Positions 21,201 to 29,901 of a stretch of 60,814 nt of DNA are shown here, piece after piece. The first letter of the stretch is position 1; each line of letters begins with the position of its first letter. A program made the position numbers and the translations under genes. Origin of the DNA: a virus (Duplodnaviria > Caudoviricetes); IMG/VR virus record IMGVR_UViG_3300032282_004007, positions 1 to 60,814 of that record. One strand, 5' to 3'. The notes beneath the pieces are model-generated. The model saw only the letters and a list, made by a program, of their open reading frames with translations, was not told the origin of the DNA and did no database searches.

Positions 21201-24200
21201 GTTTACGCAACAGCACCATGTGATGTTTTTGAATCAGGTACTGAAAATTGTAGATTAAAAAGTGACGTTTATCTTAATATAAGTGGCGCAACAGGAAATG
21301 AAGACGATATTTGGGGTGTAAACATTTTCTATAATTGTGATGAGAATTACAATGACGGAATTTCCCCAGTACAAATACAAAGATCCGTAATGGACCCATG
21401 TGTTTTTATTGTTAAAGATGTTTATGAAGATGGTGATATTAACGGTAATCCAATAGATTTAATTATTACTGATGCAGCAAACTGTGAACAAAAATTAAAA
21501 ATAGAAGGATTACAAATAAAGATAGAACACGATCCATATCCGTTATCAACATCTGGACGTAGTCACACACAATTATTTGAACTATCATCATTAGATGGTT
21601 ATGGTAACACAGTTTCAGTTATTTCTGGGGTTACATATTGTGACACATATACCGGTTATACAATCACACCTAAAATTCAATATAGACAAACTTTTAATTA
21701 CGGAATAAAAAAAGGAACGTTTGTATTGAAAGCAAGCGGAAGCACCATTAACATAGATACTTGGATAGATGTTCAAGACGCTATATCATCAGGTGTGATA
21801 ACTGAAACTTTAATCGAGAATATTGCTAATGGTGATTATTTGTTATCGGCAGAATTTTTAAATTGTCCATTCCCAACAAATGATTTTAGAAATATACCAA
21901 TAAGTGGTTACTCTTTTGGTTACAATTATAAATTAATACAAATTAATAATATTGATTGTTTAGGTTCAATTAAAAAACATATCATTAATAATGAATTTGA
22001 AGTTTTACCAACAACAGAATTAAGAATATATAGAGATGGTAAATTTATTAGTGAGTATCCAGAGAATTTAATTATTAAACCAGATACACCTATTGAACCA
22101 TGTTGTGATGTAGATGAATCATATTTTAATAATCACGGCGATTATCTTTTAGATCAAACCGGTTTCCCAATCGAAGTTGAAACAGTTGAATTAGATTATT
22201 GTTCTAGAAGTATTTTTTACCATTTAAATTTCATTGGTACTGGAGATGTTGTTTTATTTAACGGAAATAGCGATTCTCAAATATTAATGTCGTTTACACA
22301 AAATAAATTTAATAATCTTGATTTTGAATTAGAACAATTTTATGCAAATGGTTCATGTGTAAATGATTATAACCCAAGAGAGTATACTGGAGAAACTTGT
22401 AATAATACACCAGTTGTTAGTTGCGGCACGCACCATAGTAATGCTACACCAACACCTACACCAACAATTACACCAACGATCACACCTACATTTACGATTA
22501 CACCAACGCAATCTATTACACCAACGCAATCAGTTACACCAACCTTAACAATTACCCAATCAGTTACACCAACCTTAACAATTACCCAATCAGTTACACC
22601 AACTGAAACAGTAACACCAACTATAACATTAACTCCAACTTTAACTATTACTCAATCGATTACTCCAACACAGTCGATTACTCCAACATATACTATAACA
22701 CCAACTATAACACCAACACTAACAATAACACCAACCATAACATTAACTCCGACCCAAACTATTACACCAACATTGACTATAACACAGTCAATTACACCTA
22801 CTCAAACCATTACTCCGACTTATACTATCACACCAACTAAAACAATAACACCAACTGTAACAATTACTCAGTCGATAACACCAACTCAAACAATAACACC
22901 AACATATACTTTAACTCCAACATTAACTGAGACAGTTACGTTAACGCCAACTCAAACTATTACTCCGACTTATACATTAACGCCAACCTTAACTATAACA
23001 CAGTCAATAACACCAACGGAAACGTTAACACCTACGTATACTAGCACACCAACACTAACTGAAACAGTTACTTTAACACCAACACAAACCATCACACCAA
23101 CATATACGATTACTCCGACTGTAACAGAAACAATTACACTTACTCCGACTCAAACTATTACACCTACTGAGACAGTTACACCAACGTATACTATTACTCC
23201 AACTATCACACCTACATACACATTAACACCTACACTAACACAAACAGTTACACCAAGTTCAACTGAAACACCAACAGTCACACCTACGTTAACACCAACA
23301 TTGACTATAACACAGTCAATTACTCCAACTCAAACTATTACCCCAACTGAAACGCTTACGCCAACTATTACGTCTACATATACAATCACACCAACATATA
23401 CAATTACTCCGACCCAAACTATTACACCAACAGTAACAGAAACAATTACATTAACACCAACACAAACTATTACTCCAACTGAAACACTTACGCCAACAGT
23501 AACGATTACACAATCTATTACGCCTACATTTACGATTACACCAACGCAATCTATTACACCAACATTGACCATAACTCAATCAATAACACCTACGCAGACC
23601 ATAACACCAACGGAAACATTAACACCAACGGTTACTATAACTCAATCTATTACACCGACTCAAACTATAACACCAACTGAGACCCTTACGCCAACTATAA
23701 CAATTACTCAATCAGTAACACCTACTGAAACATTAACACCGACTATTACACCAACATACACTATCACACCAACATTGACTATAACACAGTCGATTACACC
23801 AACTGAGACACTTACGCCAACTTATACATTAACCCCAACACTTACACCAACACAAACTATAACTCCGACTCAAACTATAACTCCAACCTTAACAATTACT
23901 CAATCGATAACCCCAACTGAAACATTAACACCGACAGTAACAATTACTCAATCGATAACCCCAACTGAAACATTAACACCGACAGTAACAATTACTCAAT
24001 CGATAACCCCAACTCAAACTATCACACCAACTTATACGGTTACACCAACTATCACTCCAACGTTAACGATCACTCAATCGATAACACCAACTATTACGAT
24101 AACGCCGACTTATACTATAACACCAACATTAACAATCACCCCGACCGTTACGGAAACACTTACACCAACTGTAACAGAAACACTAACGCCAACATTGACT

Positions 24201-26912
24201 ATAACTCAGTCAATTACACCAACCTTTACTATCACACCAACTCAAACAATTACACCTACCTATACGTTAACACCAACAGTAACAGAAACAGTTACGTTAA
24301 CACCTACGCAGACCATAACACCAACGGAAACATTAACACCAACGTTAACGATAACTCAATCTATCACACCTACACAAACCATTACCCCAACTGAAACGTT
24401 AACTCCAACATTGACCATAACTCAGTCAATCACACCTACACAAACCATTACTCCAACTTATACGTTAACGCCAACAGTTACAGAAACTGTTACGTTAACA
24501 CCTACACAAACTATTACACCTACTTATACTATAACACCTACGTACACCATTACTCCAACTATTACCCCAACTGAAACTCTTACACCTACATTAACACAAA
24601 CAGTAACACCAAGTTCAACTGAAACCCCAACCCCAACACCAACCATTACACCAACTGTAACAATAACACAATCTATTACTCCAACTCAAACTATTACACC
24701 AACTGAAACACTTACACCTACTGTCACTATTACTCAATCAGTAACACCAACATATACTATTACACCAACCCAAACTATTACACCAACACTTACTGAAACT
24801 GTTACGTTAACACCTACTCAAACTATTACTCCAACTGAAACGTTAACACCAACATTAACGATAACACAATCTATTACACCAACATTTACCCTAACACCTA
24901 CGCAAACAATAACACCAACATTAACAATTACTCAATCTATTACACCAACCCAAACTATAACTCCAACTTATACTATAACACCAACAGTAACGCCTACAGA
25001 AACGTTAACACCAACATTAACGATTACTCAATCCATTACACCAACCCAAACTATAACTCCGACATATACTATAACTCCAACTTATACTATAACACCGACA
25101 ATCACACCAACCGAAACGCTAACACCAACATTAACGATAACACAATCTATTACACCAACCCAAACTATTACCCCAACTCAAACCATTACCCCAACATTAA
25201 CGATAACACAATCTATTACACCAACCCAAACTATTACCCCAACATATACTATAACCCCTACCATTACACCAACATATACCATTACACCAACATATACCAT
25301 TACACCAACTCAAACTATCACACCAACAGTTACTGAAACAATAACATTAACACCAACCCAAACTATTACACCAACTTATACGTTAACCCCAACCATAACA
25401 CCAACTCAAACAATTACACCAACACAAACAATTACTCCAACTCAAACAATTACACCAACATTTACACTAACACCTACATATACGTTAACACCAACCGTAA
25501 CACCAACTTGTGATTGTCCTGCTGGATTCACATTGACATCTGATGGAAATAGTTGTTATAGAGTTTTAACAACTAGCCCAACAAGTGTTGCAAGTTTATA
25601 TGTTGGTGACGGCGGTTTCAACTCATCATATGGTCAATATGGTGTTAAAATTTATAACGTAAATGATTATAACACATCTGGCGGATCTGTAAGTGGAAAT
25701 TTAGCATTTTCAGGATTTACTAATGCTTATGACTCGTCTAGCACAACATCTGTTGAGGCATATTGGGCTAGCGTTATGAACGATAATAATGTTTGGGTTT
25801 CAGGAAACACATACTGGCCTGGTCCAGCATCTCCAAATTATCCAAATTATATTAGTTTATGTGCAACATTTACTTTATCAACAACTAAGACATATTATAT
25901 TGGTGTTGCGGGAGACAACGATATTACAATTAAATTAAATTCTGTTACATTAGTTAACCAACCAGACAACCAACCAGTAGATAACTTCAGATTCTATCAC
26001 ATATATCCTGTAGTTTTACAAGCAGGACCAAATATTATTGAAATAGAAAACTGGAACAGAAGTAGTGTTGGTTCGTTCGTTGCTGAAATTTATGATAACA
26101 CATTATCACAACTTACATCAGCAACAAATAGTGCAATGGTAACTAAAGTATTCAGCACAGGTGATTATTTACCTGGAGGACCGCATGCTGGTGAACAATA
26201 CTGTAGTAACTATAGTTGTCCAGCAACATATAGTTTAGATTTCTCAAACCCAAGTATTCCAGTTTGTAAAAAAATTGAATATGTTGATTGCGGAGTTACA
26301 CCTACACCTACACCAACAGTTACTATAACACAATCTATCACACCTACGTTTACGTTAACTCCAACTCAAACAATCACACCAACCATAACATTAACACCTA
26401 CGTATACATTAACGCCAACTCAAACCATTACTCCAACACAAACAATTACGCCAACATATACTATTACTCCAACTCAAACAATCACACCAACCATAACATT
26501 AACACCTACGTATACGGTTACATCTTTCTATCAAAACTGTGGTTATGGTTGTCAAGCGTATGAAACAGACCAATCTTGTACGCCTTGTGATCCTGCTGGA
26601 ACACAAATCGATATTACTGGTTGCGCTGAATTCACAGGAGGAAATAGCGTAACAATGACCTTATTTAGTTCAGTGAACCTCTCAACAAATGTGACCGTAA
26701 ATTTTGTTATTGACGGTGATTTGGGTACACATATTGAAAGCAGTTTAGTAATATATAGCGGTACATCATATGCTTCTAATAATGTTGGCTTACACTACAA
26801 TTACGAAATAATTGGTAATGCTTACATCACCTCAGTAAGCCCAGCGTCTTATGGTAGTGAATCATATGTTCCTGGTACAGTAGCATATGGCTCAGGATGT
26901 ACTCCACCATAA
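18282..26912 (+). CDS. Giant baseplate wedge-like protein with Thr/Pro array, EGF-like Cys motifs and PA14-like domain
   Basis: LKNLANTLG...IYKSKGTRSSLEFFL (P2 gpI / T4 gp7-like); aa ~1389-2409 TxTPTx repeats; C-terminal YYIGVAGDND...YHIYPVVLQAG. Confidence 0.75.
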   Translation: MAKRKVPSQAASGKETFSDSLIGSQITDGTSQLTNSVFAVDKVIPQKDAKSFKTAPFSDFLTLDDLKIETDSPTTVAQSTGEKRPIKFNDSKNDASKSLFGSLRERFAVSTGRIIKNFPAVFMVDPTSPIASSIYSAENISYDVLTDRTTFTLQTSIIYNPLDISFIAPVVTKENNEENPIRKFYSSYKKYVLDVNDETYPIVSYTEPDTNNQITLKVIGKAFTGTSYTNSYIVRPSNGVVEEFYIGLDDLEQTLLNRETYPKYKAGFQVPKDTLGGGKTELITEYATWPISKDGWNIKIVGVDFETYLDTVNSLAIEIDDYKSNLIVRFLTAPQLFEFDTEDQKMNKIFQLYGQSFDRVKKYIDNIAYMRNVSYDTINNLPDVFLKNLANTLGLNTVNLFDQKTLEEQLYNLGGQTYQGVPIGKTLVDAEIEFYRRILVNLAHIYKSKGTRSSLEFFLKFIGAPDPMIKIDEFVYNVTSSIPTGRIESDINEVIQGGKVTKILEFNPTTFSYDINEIVGGNAFNERTDFPVDTTTGLPSAPTTNQDNIFFQMGAGWYEQTLDHRAHDILNTQSSITTGRTKTLITKSKPFTYGEDYYDIYRTIPGLDYGYDLRNAIDNVKGQVVDDLDTARLVLNRKNINVFVSTAKAIDYDIWKKSQNLDLTFGTLPVQTGVTYAQFTQDLLSQQIKNSHTIKYKKNYIVLEEIFREYYSHPGFTSYDFIDVYNFVDVMSPYWTNILDQIIPATTLWLGGNLIENNILGRPKYPYRFPCQPTEFVDNLYPDFETTIEEDLETILGGEENLRGLIKFSGITYSLVIDIDGVEYTGSTTVDLFGETLFDTFTPGATCTDLTTSSTYVPLICEYKDWISPDISAIKIQWKNALANLVDEINTTYTGYTEGCIPTYEPYNEITSGATCTGYTPIISYEIFTDVDGIEKIKFYSYKNGYNECTIKDYIDFFFLADYIYTPPTCELEVYATAPCDVFESGTENCRLKSDVYLNISGATGNEDDIWGVNIFYNCDENYNDGISPVQIQRSVMDPCVFIVKDVYEDGDINGNPIDLIITDAANCEQKLKIEGLQIKIEHDPYPLSTSGRSHTQLFELSSLDGYGNTVSVISGVTYCDTYTGYTITPKIQYRQTFNYGIKKGTFVLKASGSTINIDTWIDVQDAISSGVITETLIENIANGDYLLSAEFLNCPFPTNDFRNIPISGYSFGYNYKLIQINNIDCLGSIKKHIINNEFEVLPTTELRIYRDGKFISEYPENLIIKPDTPIEPCCDVDESYFNNHGDYLLDQTGFPIEVETVELDYCSRSIFYHLNFIGTGDVVLFNGNSDSQILMSFTQNKFNNLDFELEQFYANGSCVNDYNPREYTGETCNNTPVVSCGTHHSNATPTPTPTITPTITPTFTITPTQSITPTQSVTPTLTITQSVTPTLTITQSVTPTETVTPTITLTPTLTITQSITPTQSITPTYTITPTITPTLTITPTITLTPTQTITPTLTITQSITPTQTITPTYTITPTKTITPTVTITQSITPTQTITPTYTLTPTLTETVTLTPTQTITPTYTLTPTLTITQSITPTETLTPTYTSTPTLTETVTLTPTQTITPTYTITPTVTETITLTPTQTITPTETVTPTYTITPTITPTYTLTPTLTQTVTPSSTETPTVTPTLTPTLTITQSITPTQTITPTETLTPTITSTYTITPTYTITPTQTITPTVTETITLTPTQTITPTETLTPTVTITQSITPTFTITPTQSITPTLTITQSITPTQTITPTETLTPTVTITQSITPTQTITPTETLTPTITITQSVTPTETLTPTITPTYTITPTLTITQSITPTETLTPTYTLTPTLTPTQTITPTQTITPTLTITQSITPTETLTPTVTITQSITPTETLTPTVTITQSITPTQTITPTYTVTPTITPTLTITQSITPTITITPTYTITPTLTITPTVTETLTPTVTETLTPTLTITQSITPTFTITPTQTITPTYTLTPTVTETVTLTPTQTITPTETLTPTLTITQSITPTQTITPTETLTPTLTITQSITPTQTITPTYTLTPTVTETVTLTPTQTITPTYTITPTYTITPTITPTETLTPTLTQTVTPSSTETPTPTPTITPTVTITQSITPTQTITPTETLTPTVTITQSVTPTYTITPTQTITPTLTETVTLTPTQTITPTETLTPTLTITQSITPTFTLTPTQTITPTLTITQSITPTQTITPTYTITPTVTPTETLTPTLTITQSITPTQTITPTYTITPTYTITPTITPTETLTPTLTITQSITPTQTITPTQTITPTLTITQSITPTQTITPTYTITPTITPTYTITPTYTITPTQTITPTVTETITLTPTQTITPTYTLTPTITPTQTITPTQTITPTQTITPTFTLTPTYTLTPTVTPTCDCPAGFTLTSDGNSCYRVLTTSPTSVASLYVGDGGFNSSYGQYGVKIYNVNDYNTSGGSVSGNLAFSGFTNAYDSSSTTSVEAYWASVMNDNNVWVSGNTYWPGPASPNYPNYISLCATFTLSTTKTYYIGVAGDNDITIKLNSVTLVNQPDNQPVDNFRFYHIYPVVLQAGPNIIEIENWNRSSVGSFVAEIYDNTLSQLTSATNSAMVTKVFSTGDYLPGGPHAGEQYCSNYSCPATYSLDFSNPSIPVCKKIEYVDCGVTPTPTPTVTITQSITPTFTLTPTQTITPTITLTPTYTLTPTQTITPTQTITPTYTITPTQTITPTITLTPTYTVTSFYQNCGYGCQAYETDQSCTPCDPAGTQIDITGCAEFTGGNSVTMTLFSSVNLSTNVTVNFVIDGDLGTHIESSLVIYSGTSYASNNVGLHYNYEIIGNAYITSVSPASYGSESYVPGTVAYGSGCTPP
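22446..25508 (+). repeat. ~3.06-kb coding array of degenerate T-x-T-P-T-x repeats
   Basis: Continuous ACN-CCN-ACN repeats, AC-rich and G-poor; a second short copy at ~26298-26522. Confidence 0.97.
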
Positions 26913-26960
26913 TTTTTTACTATTTACATATAAAAAAATAGATTCGATATTTATGTTAAT

Positions 26961-27338
26961 ATGGGAATATCGATCAGATTAACTAACATAAATTGTCCGA
27001 ATTCGTTCACTTTAGGGTACTCAACGTCACCTTATGGATCATTTACGAACGTAGGTTATTCCGGCTCAACACCAACTGTTTTGATTACCGGTGCAACCTT
27101 CAATTTTGACACCCAATATTTTATAAAATTAACAGATTCTGGGACAAGTAGATATATTATTGAAAACATATATATACATGATAGCAAAGCGTTCCCTTGT
27201 TATGATACAATAGATTTTGACTTATCAGCACAATGTGTCGTTACCCCAACACCAACATTAACACCTAGTCAAACAATCACATTAACACCAACACAAACCA
27301 TAACACCTACGGTTACTCAAACTGTTACCCCAACTTAA
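26961..27338 (+). CDS. small virion protein with C-terminal Thr/Pro repeats
   Basis: Beta-rich N-terminus followed by TPTPTLTPSQTITLTPT...; TATTTAT 6 nt before ATG. Confidence 0.7.
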   Translation: MGISIRLTNINCPNSFTLGYSTSPYGSFTNVGYSGSTPTVLITGATFNFDTQYFIKLTDSGTSRYIIENIYIHDSKAFPCYDTIDFDLSAQCVVTPTPTLTPSQTITLTPTQTITPTVTQTVTPT

Positions 27339-27344
27339 TAATAA

Positions 27345-28532
27345 ATGCCATCGTATAATATAACCATATCAAACATAACCGGAAGTACAACACCTTGTAA
27401 TACTTATAATATTTACACTGGTTTAACAATTGATTTCCCAGAATCTATTTTATTTTCTGGTGCCACAATTGATCCAGTAAGTGGGTACACTTTTGTTATG
27501 CAATATGATGGTGAATCCGAAGCATTATTTGTTTTTGTTGAACATTGTGATGGTCATTCAATACCTATTGATGATTTATCATGTTGTGGTGAGCCAGAAA
27601 AAAATCAAGGCGGATATCAGGTTAGAATGGTTAAATTATATTGTGAACCAACCCCAACACCAACGCTTACACCAACAGTAACACCAACAGTAACACCAAC
27701 AGAATCAATCCCTTGTTTTGATTGTCCAACTGGTTATACTTGGACATCAATAGGATCTGGCGTTTGTACTTCAATTGATGTTATTTCAGCAACTCCACCA
27801 ACAAGTCCATATACAGCATACGAAAGAAAATATTTTGAATATAGTATGAGCGGTACCACTGTTTATCAACCAGGTTGGAACGTAAATGGAACCGGAACTG
27901 AACAAATACATTTGAATACTGCTGATGTTTGGAAAAATACAACCGGTTATTATTCATACAATAATAGTCACCCTGGCAACGGTCCATTAAACAGAACTGG
28001 CCTTTGGGCTAATTTAGATACTGCTGATGATGTTGATTATCCATTAGATACATGGCTAGGATTCAACTATTGTCTTACCGGTATAACAGGTGGACAATAT
28101 TATATTGGTATTGGTGCAGACAATGAATTTAGATTGGAAATTGATGGAGTAACAATATTAGATACATATGCAAATTCTGGATTAGATGAAATTGCTAAAT
28201 TTAGAGAATGGCATGTTTATCCAATTACATTAAATGCTGGCGATCATATTATTGGATTATATGGTTATAACTTAATTGGTACTGGAATTAACCCAGCAGG
28301 TTTTGGTTGTGAAATATATCAAAATAGTTTAACAGAATTAACAACAGCAAATGTATTGACGGATCTTAACATTATATTCACCTCAACCGATTTTATAGGG
28401 GAAATAATTCCGGTTATTAAAGACGTTAATGGAAATTATTTATCAGCCGGATATAGTTGCGCAAGTGGATATGAATATGCTCAGTGCGATGGCAACTGTT
28501 GGAAAGTAATATATTGCCCAGAACAAAATTAA
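27345..28532 (+). CDS. Cys-rich virion protein with TP linker and PA14-like domain
   Basis: YYIGIGADNEFRLEIDG...WHVYPITLNAGDHII, paralogous to the C-terminal domain of 18282-26912. Confidence 0.7.
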   Translation: MPSYNITISNITGSTTPCNTYNIYTGLTIDFPESILFSGATIDPVSGYTFVMQYDGESEALFVFVEHCDGHSIPIDDLSCCGEPEKNQGGYQVRMVKLYCEPTPTPTLTPTVTPTVTPTESIPCFDCPTGYTWTSIGSGVCTSIDVISATPPTSPYTAYERKYFEYSMSGTTVYQPGWNVNGTGTEQIHLNTADVWKNTTGYYSYNNSHPGNGPLNRTGLWANLDTADDVDYPLDTWLGFNYCLTGITGGQYYIGIGADNEFRLEIDGVTILDTYANSGLDEIAKFREWHVYPITLNAGDHIIGLYGYNLIGTGINPAGFGCEIYQNSLTELTTANVLTDLNIIFTSTDFIGEIIPVIKDVNGNYLSAGYSCASGYEYAQCDGNCWKVIYCPEQN

Positions 28533-28542
28533 AAAATAAAAA

Positions 28543-29874
28543 ATGAGTAAAGGAGTATTAATAAATTTTAAAATAGATTCAGATCACACTCAATCAAATT
28601 TTCCGCAGAGTGTTTATACTGGGTTAACTATCGATTCTGTTACCGGTGAAACAATTTGTATGAATGTTACAGGAGACACATGTAATCTTGAAGGGTTAGA
28701 TGATAGCACGCCATTTATTTATGTTAAAATAACTTGTAATGGATGTGATGAACAAATATTCAAAGTTGAATACCCAACACCAACACCAACATTAACCCCA
28801 ACATTTACATTAACCCCAACGTATACTATTACACCAACACTTACATTAAGTCCAACACAATCTATTACTCCAACGTATACATTAACACCAACACAAACTA
28901 TTACACCAACGATTAATGCAACCGAAACATTAACACCTACATTAACACCTACATTAACTCCAACATTAACAATTACTCAAACTGTTACACCGACACCAAA
29001 TATTGATTGTGATTGCACCTACTATGATATAGTTGTTACCAGTATCGACATTGATAGCGCTACAGGTAACACAACGCCAAATTGGAATAATACTGTTTGG
29101 GTTAGATATTACGATTGTAACACAGGATCACCTTTGGATATGATTTTTGATGCTGCTGATCCGTACTATAATGTGTTATGTAATAATAATCTTTATGGTG
29201 TTCCATATTTATACAACCATATAGATGATAACACAAGTTTCACAACCTCATCGACAGTAACAAATAATTTCGTTTGCTGTGTTAGCGATACACCAACCCC
29301 GACACCAACCTTAACTATTACACAAACACCGACACCTACAATAACATCTACTTGCGTTGTTTGCGAAAGATATGTTAATAGTACATTTGTTACTCAAGAA
29401 ATAGATTATCAATCTTGCGAAGGATATTGGTATTATAGTGCAATCATTAACCCTAATGATAGTGTTTGTATTATTCCAGGAACTGGAGGTGGAACAAATT
29501 GGTCTAATATGTCATATCAAAGCAACTGTTCAGACCCTTGTCCGGCACAAATTGACATAAGTAACACTTCATTGGATATTATAGTAAATTCTGTTTACGT
29601 CAATGGTGTGTTAGCAACATATCTTAGTGGTGTATCATTACCAAATACAAGTGGAAATAATGTTAGTTTATCAACAAATCAAATTGGTACATACGATATC
29701 GTAATATATTATAGTACGTTAATTCCTGAACAACATATTACATTAACAGATAGCGACTTAAACACTACTTGCCAAAATACTGGGTATGGCTCAAACAGTT
29801 TAACTTGGAGTGGATCAGTAGTACAAAGTTATCACCCAATAACTATTGATGTAACAGATGGTACATGCATTTAA
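28543..29874 (+). CDS. Cys-rich modular virion protein with Thr/Pro linkers
   Basis: Small Cys-containing modules separated by TPT repeats. Confidence 0.7.
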   Translation: MSKGVLINFKIDSDHTQSNFPQSVYTGLTIDSVTGETICMNVTGDTCNLEGLDDSTPFIYVKITCNGCDEQIFKVEYPTPTPTLTPTFTLTPTYTITPTLTLSPTQSITPTYTLTPTQTITPTINATETLTPTLTPTLTPTLTITQTVTPTPNIDCDCTYYDIVVTSIDIDSATGNTTPNWNNTVWVRYYDCNTGSPLDMIFDAADPYYNVLCNNNLYGVPYLYNHIDDNTSFTTSSTVTNNFVCCVSDTPTPTPTLTITQTPTPTITSTCVVCERYVNSTFVTQEIDYQSCEGYWYYSAIINPNDSVCIIPGTGGGTNWSNMSYQSNCSDPCPAQIDISNTSLDIIVNSVYVNGVLATYLSGVSLPNTSGNNVSLSTNQIGTYDIVIYYSTLIPEQHITLTDSDLNTTCQNTGYGSNSLTWSGSVVQSYHPITIDVTDGTCI

Positions 29875-29901
29875 AATAATAAAAGTAAATATTTATAACA
29901 T

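Noticed and set aside
23330-23572. Minus-strand GV-rich ORF (and similar 45763-45984)
   Set aside because: Antisense shadow of Thr/Pro codons.
22446-25508. CRISPR array or diversity-generating retroelement in the repeat region
   Set aside because: Repeats are in-frame, vary at synonymous positions and lack unique spacers. No RT gene or adenine-specific TR/VR pair was seen.
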